DNA from: Planctomycetota bacterium
GTDB lineage: Bacteria > Planctomycetota > GCA-002687715 > CAIWVZ01
Direction of reading: 5' to 3'
Assembly: GCA_044222185.1 (NCBI GenBank)
Contig: JBGANV010000003.1
Location: forward strand, 256,001 to 320,000
Length of the DNA stretch: 64,000 nt
Made by a program: the position numbers and the translations under genes. Shown one piece after another: positions 29,051 to 38,359 of the stretch; within the stretch, counting starts at the first letter, position 1; every line of letters starts with the position of its first letter. The notes under the pieces were generated by a model, which saw nothing but the letters and a program-made list of their open reading frames with translations, did not search any database and had not been told where the DNA came from.

Positions 29051-30307
29051 TCAGTCGCCAGTCGGTCTCACGCGGCCGCTCGGCGTGAGCCTCTCGCTCA
29101 CGCGTGCGGCCTCCTCCGCGAGCTCGCCGCCGAACGCCGCTGCACGCAGGCGGAAGAAGAACCACGAGTCCTGGAAGTAGTCGCGGTGCGAAAGCTGCGA
29201 GAGCATCTGCTTGCGGCGCGGCGTCTCAGGCTGACGTTTGAAGAGGCGGCGCTGCGACAGCATGACCTGGCGGACGCGATAGGCATCGCGGCGTGCCATA
29301 CGCAGTCGCTGTGCGATGTCCGTCAAGCCGTCGACCGTCGACAACGACGGAGGGGCGTTCCCCCCGGATTCGATCTCCTCCTCGTACAGCGGCGAGAACA
29401 GCACGGCGAAGATCCGGGCGTTCGTCACGGCCTCGCCATCGCGGACGGCGTCGTCGAAGGCCCGAAGCATACGCCAGTAGCCCTGAAACGCCGCGGCATC
29501 CGGCCGCGATGCGAGGTCATCGAGTGCCGCATGAAGCTCGGGCAGCATCACCTCGAGCAACCCGGTGCGGAAGAGGAGACGCACGGCGTCGTGACCGCCG
29601 CCGAGGTTCATCAGCCGCAAGATCTCCTCGAGCACGCGCGGCTGCGCGGCACGCTCCACTTCCCGGCGGCAGTCGACGATCGCTTCGTAGACGTCGTCGG
29701 CGAGACGGAACCCGAGCCGCCCTGCGAATTTCACGGCCCTCAGCATGCGGACCGGATCCTCGCGGAAGCGGATCCAGGGATCACCGATCGTCTCGATGAC
29801 GCGGCGGTCGAGATCGGCCATGCCGCCCACGTAATCGATGACGCACGCCGTCTGGGTGTCGTAGAAGAGCCCGTTGATCGTGAAGTCGCGCCGGCGCGCA
29901 TCCTCCTCGGGTGTGCCGAAGGTGTTGTCTTGTTGGATGAGGAGATCCGTTCCGTCGGCGGGAGGCTCGGCGGCGCTGCGGAACGTGGAAACCTCCAGGA
30001 TCTTGTCGGCGAACGTCACCTGAACGAGGCGGAACCGGCGCCCGATGATCCGGCTGTTGCGGAAGAGCCGTTTGACCTGGCGCGGGGTGGCGTCGGTCGC
30101 GATGTCGAAGTCCTTCGGGCGGAGATCCAGGAGCAGGTCCCGCACGCTGCCGCCGCACAGAAAGCTCTTGAAGCCGTACCGGTTCAGCCGGTTCAGCACC
30201 TTGACCGCGTCTGGGCAGATGGCGTTGACGCGGTCGAGGACGTGGGGCTCATGCCCCGTGGTTTCCGGGTTCCGCACGCCGCCGCCGTTCCGTGTCGCGA
30301 CTGTCAA
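29051..30307 (-). CDS. pcnB: Poly(A) polymerase I
   Basis: GGSVRDLL, KDFDIAT, PAP-specific IIGRRFRLVQV signature, RRDFTIN, EDPVRMLRA; start codon uncertain. Confidence 0.88.
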   Translation of the reverse strand: MTVATRNGGGVRNPETTGHEPHVLDRVNAICPDAVKVLNRLNRYGFKSFLCGGSVRDLLLDLRPKDFDIATDATPRQVKRLFRNSRIIGRRFRLVQVTFADKILEVSTFRSAAEPPADGTDLLIQQDNTFGTPEEDARRRDFTINGLFYDTQTACVIDYVGGMADLDRRVIETIGDPWIRFREDPVRMLRAVKFAGRLGFRLADDVYEAIVDCRREVERAAQPRVLEEILRLMNLGGGHDAVRLLFRTGLLEVMLPELHAALDDLASRPDAAAFQGYWRMLRAFDDAVRDGEAVTNARIFAVLFSPLYEEEIESGGNAPPSLSTVDGLTDIAQRLRMARRDAYRVRQVMLSQRRLFKRQPETPRRKQMLSQLSHRDYFQDSWFFFRLRAAAFGGELAEEAARVSERLTPSGRVRPTGD

Positions 30308-30489
30308 GCTCGTGGTGGGTGGCCGGGTTCGTCACCGGCCCTGGGATTCACGTGTCATCCGCCGTCATCGGTGGGTCACGGACTCGGTGCGCATGATACT
30401 GCCGAGACAAGCGGCTGCCAGTCGGCGGCCGGCGCCCTGAAGTCGCAAGGAGTTCGGCTATGATCCCGCGCTTCTGGAAAGGCGCGACG

Positions 30490-32412
30490 ATGCAGCATGC
30501 AAAGTGTCCGGCCTGCGGGGCCGGTTTCGAGGTCGACTTTGAGCCGGGGACCGAGTTCACCTGCGGCGGGTGCGGCGGAACCGTCGTGGTCCCTGCACCC
30601 GAGGCGCCGAGGGCGCCGGCAGCGGCACGACCGCCGGTCGGCCGACCGCCAGTAGGGCGCCCCGCTCAACCGGCGCGGTCGGCGCCACGACCGGGCGCTG
30701 CGGCCCCCCGCCCTGCACGAGCCGCCGCAGGCGCACGGGACCCGGCCCCCGCGAAGAAGCCCCCGAACATGCTTCTCATCGGCGGCGCAGGCGCGGCCCT
30801 CGTGATCGGCGTCGTGCTCTTCATCGTCCTCGGCGGCGGTGACAAGTCGCCGAAGCAGTCGCCCGCGACCTCGGGCAACTCGGGAACCACCGGCACGGCG
30901 GCGCAGAAGCCCGAGACGGTGCCCGCCAAGGTGCCGGACCCTCCGAAGAAGCCCCGCCCGACCGAACCCCTCGCTGCGGCGCGCTACGACGCCGAGCAGC
31001 CCAACGCCGGAGCCACGGAATTCCTGGCACTCGCGAACATGCTGTGGTCCGAGATGACGACGGCTCAGGGCGCTGGAGACAACGACAAGGTCAAGTCGCT
31101 TCGGGAGGAGGCGCTGAAGGCCTACGAGAGCGTGCTCCGCATCGAGAAGTCCCAGCCGACCGCACGGGAGCGGCTCGGGTTCGTGCCCTTCGTCCTCGCC
31201 GACGCTGAGGGATACGCCAAGGCCGAGTACCTCCCGCGGAAGCTCCGACAGGACATCTCCGACACCATCGACCAGATGAAGAGCGACGCCGGGGGCAAGG
31301 ATCTCCCGGCGACGATCTGGCTCAATCCCCGCTCGGAGAGGCAGAAAGACCTGGCGAACGACTGGCGCAAGGTGCTTCGCGAGGCCGAGCGGCGCACGAA
31401 GGTGGAGCGAGAGAAGGCGACGGATCCGTTCTACAAGCGCAGCGAGAGCCTCGTCGCGGGCGTCGAGAAGGACGTCGGCGACTTCCTCAAGCGGCGAGGC
31501 GTCGAGGGCAACTGCTTCGTCGGCTTTCCGTTCAAGCCGTTCGTGATCATCGTCCAACGAGACAAGAACTACGACCCCGAGGCCGTCGCCATGCGTTGGG
31601 GCGAGACTCTCGAGCAGTTGCGGGACACGTTCTTCGAGCGCTTCGGCAAGAAGTTCAACCTCGCCGAGATGGATCGGCCGACGCCGGTGCTCGTGCTCCG
31701 TTACGACTCGGATTACTCCAAGTACCTCCGCAAGTCGGACAGCCGAGCGCAGATCAGCAGCGCTGCCCACTTCGAGCCGTGGTCGAAGCGGCTCGTCACC
31801 TGGGCCGAGGTCGACAACACGGACAGCAAGACGCAGAAGGGAATCAGCGAGGACGAGGTCCGAACGACCCTGTTCCACGAGGGAACGCACCAGCTGATGG
31901 ACTTCTACACCACGCAGCGCCTCACCAACTCGGGCGAGTCGCTGTGGTTCTCCGAAGGAATCGCGGACTACTTCGGAGGTCACGGACGTGCGTGGGACAC
32001 GACGGACGGGCGATGGCGATACGAGCCCGGCCTGATCAACGAAGGCCGCGTCAAGGAGCTCGCCGAGGCCAAGTCCGGCGGGTACCTGTTCAAGCTCGAA
32101 GACCTTCTCGTGTACAAGCGGTCCGACTACGAGCGCGACAAGAACATGCCCAACGACCCGCGGCCGCGCACCGCGTACGCGGAAGGGTGGGGCCTGGTGT
32201 ACTACCTGGCGAATTGGAACGACGGAAAACTCCGTCCCAAGTTCGAGGAGTACGTCAAGCTCGAGATGAGCGGGCGGTCGGGGCGCGACGCGTTCCTCAC
32301 CGTCTTCGGCAACGATCTCGCGGCGATCGAGAAGGACTTCCACGCGATGATCGATGCACTCGGTCAAGCAGCGAAGGACAAGAAGATCGTCAACGGCCGG
32401 CTGCAGAAGTGA
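30490..32412 (+). CDS. Zn-ribbon/TM-anchored gluzincin metallopeptidase-like protein (DUF1570-like)
   Basis: N-terminal CPAC...CGGC, Pro/Ala linker, TM helix, HEGTH...WFSEGIADY and YAEGWGLVYYL. Confidence 0.8.
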   Translation: MQHAKCPACGAGFEVDFEPGTEFTCGGCGGTVVVPAPEAPRAPAAARPPVGRPPVGRPAQPARSAPRPGAAAPRPARAAAGARDPAPAKKPPNMLLIGGAGAALVIGVVLFIVLGGGDKSPKQSPATSGNSGTTGTAAQKPETVPAKVPDPPKKPRPTEPLAAARYDAEQPNAGATEFLALANMLWSEMTTAQGAGDNDKVKSLREEALKAYESVLRIEKSQPTARERLGFVPFVLADAEGYAKAEYLPRKLRQDISDTIDQMKSDAGGKDLPATIWLNPRSERQKDLANDWRKVLREAERRTKVEREKATDPFYKRSESLVAGVEKDVGDFLKRRGVEGNCFVGFPFKPFVIIVQRDKNYDPEAVAMRWGETLEQLRDTFFERFGKKFNLAEMDRPTPVLVLRYDSDYSKYLRKSDSRAQISSAAHFEPWSKRLVTWAEVDNTDSKTQKGISEDEVRTTLFHEGTHQLMDFYTTQRLTNSGESLWFSEGIADYFGGHGRAWDTTDGRWRYEPGLINEGRVKELAEAKSGGYLFKLEDLLVYKRSDYERDKNMPNDPRPRTAYAEGWGLVYYLANWNDGKLRPKFEEYVKLEMSGRSGRDAFLTVFGNDLAAIEKDFHAMIDALGQAAKDKKIVNGRLQK

Positions 32413-32449
32413 CGGCGGCCATCCCCCGTCGAGTACCGACCACGCACCC

Positions 32450-33889
32450 GTGAAGACCGTCGCGCGCTACCTGCTGTTCGCCGTGGCGGTCGTCGCCACC
32501 TTCAGCATCCCCGCGTTGAACCTCGAACAGGTTCTCGGCGGTGGGCATCGTCTGATCACGGTCGGCGGATCGGCGGCCTTCTGTGTCGGCGCCATCCTGC
32601 TTGCGAGGCGGTCCGGAGCCTACTGGCTCGACGCTTCGGGACGCGTGGCGACGCGCCTCGCCGCGATCCCTCGCACGCGGTGGATTCTCGGGTGCATCGC
32701 CGTCGGCGTCGCACTCCGCGCGGCGTGGATCGCCGCCTTCCCGTTCGAGCAGCAGTCGGACTCGATGACCTACGGGTATCTCGCCCATCGCCTCGCGACG
32801 GGCGCGGGCTACGAGGTCGCGGGGATGAAGTCGAACTGGCCTCCCGGCTTCCCCCTGCTGCTCAGCGTCCTCTACCGCGTGCTTGGCGAGGGACGCTGGG
32901 TGCACTCGGGGCTGAACCTCGCGCTGTTCGCCGCCGCAGTTCCGCTCGTCGACGGTCTCGCCCGCCGGGTGGCTCGCGAGGAAGGCGCGCGAATCGCGAC
33001 GGGCATCCTCACCGTCTGGCCCAACGCCGTCATGACGAGCGGCGTGGCGAGCAAGGAACTGCTCGTGTTGACGCTCCTGCCGATGGCGATCGCGCTCTTC
33101 TGTCGCGCCGATGCCAGGCTGTCGCTCGGGCGCCAGGTTCCGGCACTGGCGGGCTGCGGGATCGTGCTCGGTGCCACGTGCCTCGTTCAGCCAGGCCTCC
33201 TTGCACTGCCGGCAGCCCTCCTCGTAGGCGAGGTGCGCGAACGACGGCCGGTCGCGCAGGCGGTCGTGCGGATAACGGTCGTTGCAGTCTGCATGCTGCT
33301 GCCGATCTTCCCGTGGACGCTGCGCAACCAGGGGGCCCTCGGTGAGTGGGTCCTCATCTCGACCAATGGCGGCGACGTCTTCTATCGCGCCAACAATCCG
33401 CTCGCGACGGGTGGCTACACCCCTCGCGGAGAGCGCGATCTCGACGGCCTCGGGGAACTCGATCGATCGCGCAAGGGCATGGAGTGGGGCAAGGAGTGGA
33501 TCCGCTCCAATCCCACGGCCTTCGCAGGTCTGTGCGCGCGCAAACAGATGCTCTTCCTCGGCGACGACTCCACGGGTGCATTCGAAACGCTTCAGCGCGG
33601 TGGAGCCGCGAGTCGGCACGCATTCGTGGCGGCAAAGGGGATCGCCAACGCGTTCTGGCTCGCGATGTGGCTCGTGATCCTCGCGGCATGTTTCGAGACG
33701 CGACTCTTCGGCGGTGACGGCGACGCACCGCTATGGATTTGCACCGCGGCGTTCATCCTGCTGCTCGCCACGCACACGGTGTTCGAGAGCAACGGCAAGT
33801 ACCACGTTCCGGCACTGGCGATCCTGTCGGTGATCGTGGGCGGAGCTGCGGCGATCCGCGCCCGCCCCTCGACGTCTTCCCCGTCATGA
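32450..33889 (+). CDS. Multi-pass GT-C fold (PMT/ArnT-like) glycosyltransferase
   Basis: About 12 TM segments; SD..Y..LA, WPPGFPLLL and PWTLRN...STNGG motifs; GTG start at 32450 inferred. Confidence 0.75.
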   Translation: MKTVARYLLFAVAVVATFSIPALNLEQVLGGGHRLITVGGSAAFCVGAILLARRSGAYWLDASGRVATRLAAIPRTRWILGCIAVGVALRAAWIAAFPFEQQSDSMTYGYLAHRLATGAGYEVAGMKSNWPPGFPLLLSVLYRVLGEGRWVHSGLNLALFAAAVPLVDGLARRVAREEGARIATGILTVWPNAVMTSGVASKELLVLTLLPMAIALFCRADARLSLGRQVPALAGCGIVLGATCLVQPGLLALPAALLVGEVRERRPVAQAVVRITVVAVCMLLPIFPWTLRNQGALGEWVLISTNGGDVFYRANNPLATGGYTPRGERDLDGLGELDRSRKGMEWGKEWIRSNPTAFAGLCARKQMLFLGDDSTGAFETLQRGGAASRHAFVAAKGIANAFWLAMWLVILAACFETRLFGGDGDAPLWICTAAFILLLATHTVFESNGKYHVPALAILSVIVGGAAAIRARPSTSSPS

Positions 33890-34980
33890 CGAACTCGACT
33901 CGTCGGCGGATCGCGATCCTGTGGCCGAAACCACGCGCCCGGCGAATCGCTGCCGCCGACCCTGCCGAGACTCCCGACCAGAGCGACGGCCTGTCGGCGC
34001 TCGGCTCGCGAGGTTTCGACATCACGATCGAGGACCCGCTGCCGTTCCCGTGGAATCCTCTGGCGAACCGTCACGAGGTGTACTGCGCGCTGGACCCGCT
34101 CCGCGCACTACGGCTCGCACTCTTCAGGCGTCGGTACGACGCGATCGTGTCGGTCGGCTCGTCCTCTGCATTCTTGACCCACCGCGCTCTTGCGGCGACG
34201 CTCAAGCCCACGCCCATCGTGATGATCGATCCGGCCATGTCGTACGACTGGCCGCTGCGCAAGAGGCTTCAGGATCGGATCCTCCCGAAGGTCTCGCACG
34301 TGATCGTGTACGGACGAGTGCAACTCGACTACCTCGCGCGCGAGTACGGAGAATCGCCCACCGGGGTCTTCATCCCACACCGCGCCGACACGCGGTTCTA
34401 CGATCCCGCGGCCCCGCCGCAGACGCCGCCTCCATCCAAGCCATACCTGCTCGCCATCGGAGATGACGTCTCACGAGACTTTCAGGCACTCGCGGACGCG
34501 TTCGAACGGTCCAGGGCATTGGCGAACTGCGACATCCGATGCGTGATCCACACGAGGCTGCCCGTGACGGCACGGGATCCGCGGGTGGAGTTGAGCCGCG
34601 CATTCCTCTCGCACGTCGCGCTGCGCGACCTCTATCGCTACGCGACGGCCGTCGTCCTCCCATTGAAGGACACGATTCACGCGGGCGGAATCAACAGCCT
34701 CGTCGAAGCGATGAGCATGCGACGGCCCGTGATCGTGTCGCGATCGGCCGGCCTCGCCGATTACTCATCGGACGGAGTGACGGCGCTCACCGTGCCGCCA
34801 GGAGACGTCGAGGCGCTCGGCACGGCGATCAGGCGTCTACACGACGACACGGCGTTGGCGAGGCGAATCGGAGACGCGGGCCGGGAGTGGGTCGTCCGCG
34901 AGTGCGGACACTCGGCCTACGCCGAGCGCGTCGCTGCCGTACTTTCGGCGGCGATCTCGCGGCGCGGTCGCACGGCGTAA
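33886..34980 (+). CDS. GT4 glycosyltransferase
   Basis: ATGA overlap with the upstream stop; GINSLVEAMSMRRPVIVS, VPPGDVEAL. Confidence 0.85.
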   Translation: MTNSTRRRIAILWPKPRARRIAAADPAETPDQSDGLSALGSRGFDITIEDPLPFPWNPLANRHEVYCALDPLRALRLALFRRRYDAIVSVGSSSAFLTHRALAATLKPTPIVMIDPAMSYDWPLRKRLQDRILPKVSHVIVYGRVQLDYLAREYGESPTGVFIPHRADTRFYDPAAPPQTPPPSKPYLLAIGDDVSRDFQALADAFERSRALANCDIRCVIHTRLPVTARDPRVELSRAFLSHVALRDLYRYATAVVLPLKDTIHAGGINSLVEAMSMRRPVIVSRSAGLADYSSDGVTALTVPPGDVEALGTAIRRLHDDTALARRIGDAGREWVVRECGHSAYAERVAAVLSAAISRRGRTA

Positions 34981-35696
34981 CCGCCGACGACGCGCGTGAA
35001 CCGGATCTTCACGAGGTCCCGCAGCATCTGCAGGGAATGGCGGACCGGCTGCACCCGGCTGTCCGCGTCGTTTCGCCAGGTGACGGGAATGTCGCCGATC
35101 GCATATCCGAAGGATTGAGCCACGTAGATCACCTCGGCGTCGAACGCGAAGCCGTTCACGCGCGTCGCACGAAAGATCTCGCGGGCCACGTTCCCATCGA
35201 ACCCCTTGAAGCCGCACTGCGTATCCAGGAAGCGCAGCGGCAGGATCCTGCGGAGGATCCAGTTGAACGTGCGCCCCATGCGCTCGCGATACCAGGGCTG
35301 GTGCACTTCGACGTTGGAGGTGTCCAGTCCGCGTGAGCCGATGACGATGTCGAGCCCGCCGTCGAGCGCCGCTTCGAAGCGCGTCCACTCGTCGATCGGC
35401 GTCGACATGTCGGCGTCCGTGAAGAGCACACGGCGACCGCGGGAGGCGAGCACGCCCGTCCGCACGGCAGCGCCCTTCCCGCTGTTCTTCTCGAGGACGA
35501 TCACGCGAACCGCGCCACCCTTCGACCGCGCGAGCTCGGCCGTTTGGTCCTTCGATCCGTCGTCGACCACGATGACCTCGTACGGCTTGCCGAGAACGTC
35601 GAGGAACGAGACGACCCGATCGAGCGTCGGCGACAGCCGTCGGGCCTCGTTGTAGGCGGGGATCACGACGGAAAGTTCGAGGGGCTCGCTCATCAT
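34917..35696 (-). CDS. Polyprenyl-phosphate (dolichyl-phosphate-like) glycosyltransferase, GT2
   Basis: SVVIPAYNE, VDDGSKD, GKGAAVRTG, FTDAD, DTQCGFK, FAFDAE. Confidence 0.9.
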   Translation of the reverse strand: MMSEPLELSVVIPAYNEARRLSPTLDRVVSFLDVLGKPYEVIVVDDGSKDQTAELARSKGGAVRVIVLEKNSGKGAAVRTGVLASRGRRVLFTDADMSTPIDEWTRFEAALDGGLDIVIGSRGLDTSNVEVHQPWYRERMGRTFNWILRRILPLRFLDTQCGFKGFDGNVAREIFRATRVNGFAFDAEVIYVAQSFGYAIGDIPVTWRNDADSRVQPVRHSLQMLRDLVKIRFTRVVGGYAVRPRREIAAESTAATRSA

Positions 35697-35849
35697 CAGG
35701 GGCCGATTGTCGATCTGCGGGGAACGACTTTCAACGAACGACGCGCCTCCGGGATCCGGCCCGACGACCGAATGGCGCGACTCCCATCCGCACAGCGAAC
35801 GCGCATTGCAAACCGACGTGCCGAGCCCGCAACGCCGCCGTTCGCGCGG

Positions 35850-37040
35850 TCATCGATCGAGGTAATAGACGAGATTGCAGAAGACGAGGTCCGGATACGG
35901 ATTCTGGGACGTCGCCATCAGGGTCCCCGCGCCGCCAGCGAACAACACGCCGATCGGCGCGCCAATCGTCTGAGCCGTGGCATCACTGGGGTTGAAGAGC
36001 ATCCCGAAGACCATGGGGCCGATCTGGCTTTGCCCGGAAATCCACGGCGTCCCGACAGCGGCAAACCCCGGAGGCCCGAAATTGCCGCCCTCGGACGTGA
36101 CTTCGAACGGCAGGCCGGCCACTGAGATCGGGCTGTAGAGGTAGTTCGGGTCCGCACCCGTGTCGACCGTTTCGACGGACGAGGCGCTGAGGTTGCCCCC
36201 GGTCGCCACGACGACGCTGATGCCGAGCGTGGTGTTCAAGAAGTTGTTCACCCAGAGTGCCCGTTCCTGGCCGGCGGGCGAACCGACGGACGGGCCCACG
36301 ACGAATGCCACTCCCCCACTCTGCCTGAGGAACTGGAGGAAGCGAGCGGCTTCCAGCGGTGAAGGCGGAACCGTGAAGCGGCAATCCAGGATCACGTCGT
36401 ACGACGTCAGCGCGGCTGGAAGCACGTCGTCCGCGACCACGACGTGATTGCCCAGCAGGGTGAGCGACCCGGCGAGGGCCGTCGCCTGCGCGCTCGGATT
36501 TCCGATGGCCGACGTGCTCGCGGTCTGGCGCAGCAGCAGAACGTGCTTCCCCGTGGCCAGGAACGGCGAGACCTTCAGATGAACGCTGTTCGACATGCGG
36601 ATGTCGGCCACCTGGGGATCCGCGACGGCGCACTGCACGGCGAACTCCAAGCCAGCGAGGCCGGGGTCCATCGGCACGGAAACCACGTGCTCGAGCATGC
36701 TGCCGCCGCCCAGGAGCGTCAGGTCGCGCAGGACGAACCAATCCGCCCCCAGGTCGGTGAAGTAAGGCCCGATCCAGGACGGCCCGGTTTCGGACGACGC
36801 CAGGATCCACACGCCCGCCTGCGGCACCGTGTGGAGGACGAGGTGAAGGTCGTCGCCGAGTTTCAGGTTGTTGCTGACGAGCTTGTGCGGCGCCGCGGGG
36901 ACGACGCTGTTGCCGCCACCCGGTCCGGCGCCGGGCACGCCAGCGAGTTGGAGGATGACGAACATCAAGAACAGGGCTGCTGCGGCGGCGATCAGGACCT
37001 GAGTCGAGCTGGCCTTCCCGCGCGAGACGTCGGTTGACAT
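35850..37040 (-). CDS. Secreted/membrane-anchored hypothetical protein
   Basis: N-terminal hydrophobic helix; beta domain ending VPMDPGLAGLEFAVQ...MSNSVHLKV; C-terminal alpha/beta domain (YDVILD...QSGGVAF) resembling class I GATase/ThuA-like folds. Confidence 0.7.
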   Translation of the reverse strand: MSTDVSRGKASSTQVLIAAAAALFLMFVILQLAGVPGAGPGGGNSVVPAAPHKLVSNNLKLGDDLHLVLHTVPQAGVWILASSETGPSWIGPYFTDLGADWFVLRDLTLLGGGSMLEHVVSVPMDPGLAGLEFAVQCAVADPQVADIRMSNSVHLKVSPFLATGKHVLLLRQTASTSAIGNPSAQATALAGSLTLLGNHVVVADDVLPAALTSYDVILDCRFTVPPSPLEAARFLQFLRQSGGVAFVVGPSVGSPAGQERALWVNNFLNTTLGISVVVATGGNLSASSVETVDTGADPNYLYSPISVAGLPFEVTSEGGNFGPPGFAAVGTPWISGQSQIGPMVFGMLFNPSDATAQTIGAPIGVLFAGGAGTLMATSQNPYPDLVFCNLVYYLDR

Positions 37041-37142
37041 GGTCGGGCGCAGACCGGTTGTTGTGGTCCGCTGAGCCTCCTTTTCGACCGTCGGCGTGTG
37101 CGGGCTTCATCCCCCGCAGGAAGAAGACGCTTCGAGGGGCTC

Positions 37143-37691
37143 TCAGGCGTGGCTGCGATCGGCAGCGTCGATGGGCTGCGGCCCGGCACCGGAACCGCGC
37201 CACGTGCGCACGTCCTCGACGATCTCCTGGGAGCCCGCGCACAGGATCTGCGTTCCGAAGCGCATGTTCGGGCCGTGGCCGCACTGCCCCAGGCAGTGCA
37301 CATCGGTGAACTGGAGCGCCGGGTTCGCGGTCGCGAGTGCAGCCCGCAGGCGTTGGTTGAGCGCCGCGGCGCCGGTCAGCCGGCACGTGACTCCAAGACA
37401 GAAGCGGAACTCGTCGGCCGGCGTGGCCGACACCAGTTGCGCGTGGAACCGCCTGGTGTCGTCCAGTTGAGCCGGCGTGACGCCGAGGTCGGCCGCGACT
37501 GCGCAGTGGACCTCGGGGTCCTCGATGCCGCATCGCCAGAGCGCGTGGGCGGCAAGGATCAACGCGCCGTCAAGCGGTCTGCCTGACGAGTCGGTCCAGT
37601 CGCGCTTGATGTCATCAATGGACACGACGCCCTCCGGAGTTCCGGCGACGACCCGCTCCGTGATCATCCGAAAACCGGCGCGAGTATACAC
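37143..37691 (-). CDS. NuoE-like thioredoxin-fold [2Fe-2S] protein (orphan)
   Basis: CLGVTC ... CLGQCGHGP motif (Cx4C...Cx3C); degenerate NuoE N-terminal helices; start uncertain. Confidence 0.7.
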   Translation of the reverse strand: MYTRAGFRMITERVVAGTPEGVVSIDDIKRDWTDSSGRPLDGALILAAHALWRCGIEDPEVHCAVAADLGVTPAQLDDTRRFHAQLVSATPADEFRFCLGVTCRLTGAAALNQRLRAALATANPALQFTDVHCLGQCGHGPNMRFGTQILCAGSQEIVEDVRTWRGSGAGPQPIDAADRSHA

Positions 37692-37740
37692 CTATCGAAA
37701 GTCGCCGACCAGAGAGCCCGGGCCCCCAGGTCGGCGTCGA

Positions 37741-38250
37741 TCACTTCGGGAAGAGCGAGTCCAGCCGGTCTTTCGCCGTCTGGTCGTAGTCGGCCGCGAG
37801 TTCGACCGCCGGGCGCGTTCCCTTGCGTGTGCGGATCGACTCGAACAGCTCGCTGAGCTTCCGCGCCGCCTCGTTCGTGTAGAGGCGGACCATCCCGATC
37901 GTCGTCTGGTCATCGAAAATCACGGTCAGGATCGTTCGCTCGCTGATCAGGGTCAACTGGATGTTGTCCCGCTGCCCCTGATGGAACACGACCGAGAATT
38001 CGTCCTCGCCGAGGATCCGCGCCATCTCGCGGGTCGCAGCGAACGACCCGGCAATCAGGGCTGCGATCGTATCGATGTCGAAGTCCCGAACGACTCCGGT
38101 CTTCGCCACCATGTGGCCGTCCTTGTCGATGAGCAACGCGCACTTCGAACCAGAGAGGTTCGTGAGCTCCTTGAGGACGGCGTCGATCTTCGCCATCTCC
38201 TCGCGATAGAAGACCAGCCGTTCTTCCCGCAGTCGGTCGGTGTCATTCAT
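37741..38250 (-). CDS. mglB: MglB-type roadblock/LC7 GTPase-activating protein
   Basis: LIDKDGH, IAALIAGSFAAT, FHQGQRDN and IFDDQTTIGMVRL, matching the Myxococcus MglB pattern. Confidence 0.9.
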   Translation of the reverse strand: MNDTDRLREERLVFYREEMAKIDAVLKELTNLSGSKCALLIDKDGHMVAKTGVVRDFDIDTIAALIAGSFAATREMARILGEDEFSVVFHQGQRDNIQLTLISERTILTVIFDDQTTIGMVRLYTNEAARKLSELFESIRTRKGTRPAVELAADYDQTAKDRLDSLFPK

Positions 38251-38359
38251 GACGGTTCACTTTCGTCTATTTCCGGGCCGCGCCTTTCGGACGCGTTCTC
38301 CGCCCACGGCAATCCGCTGCGCGAGGACCCGGTTCCCAACTCACTCGTGGTTGATGGGT

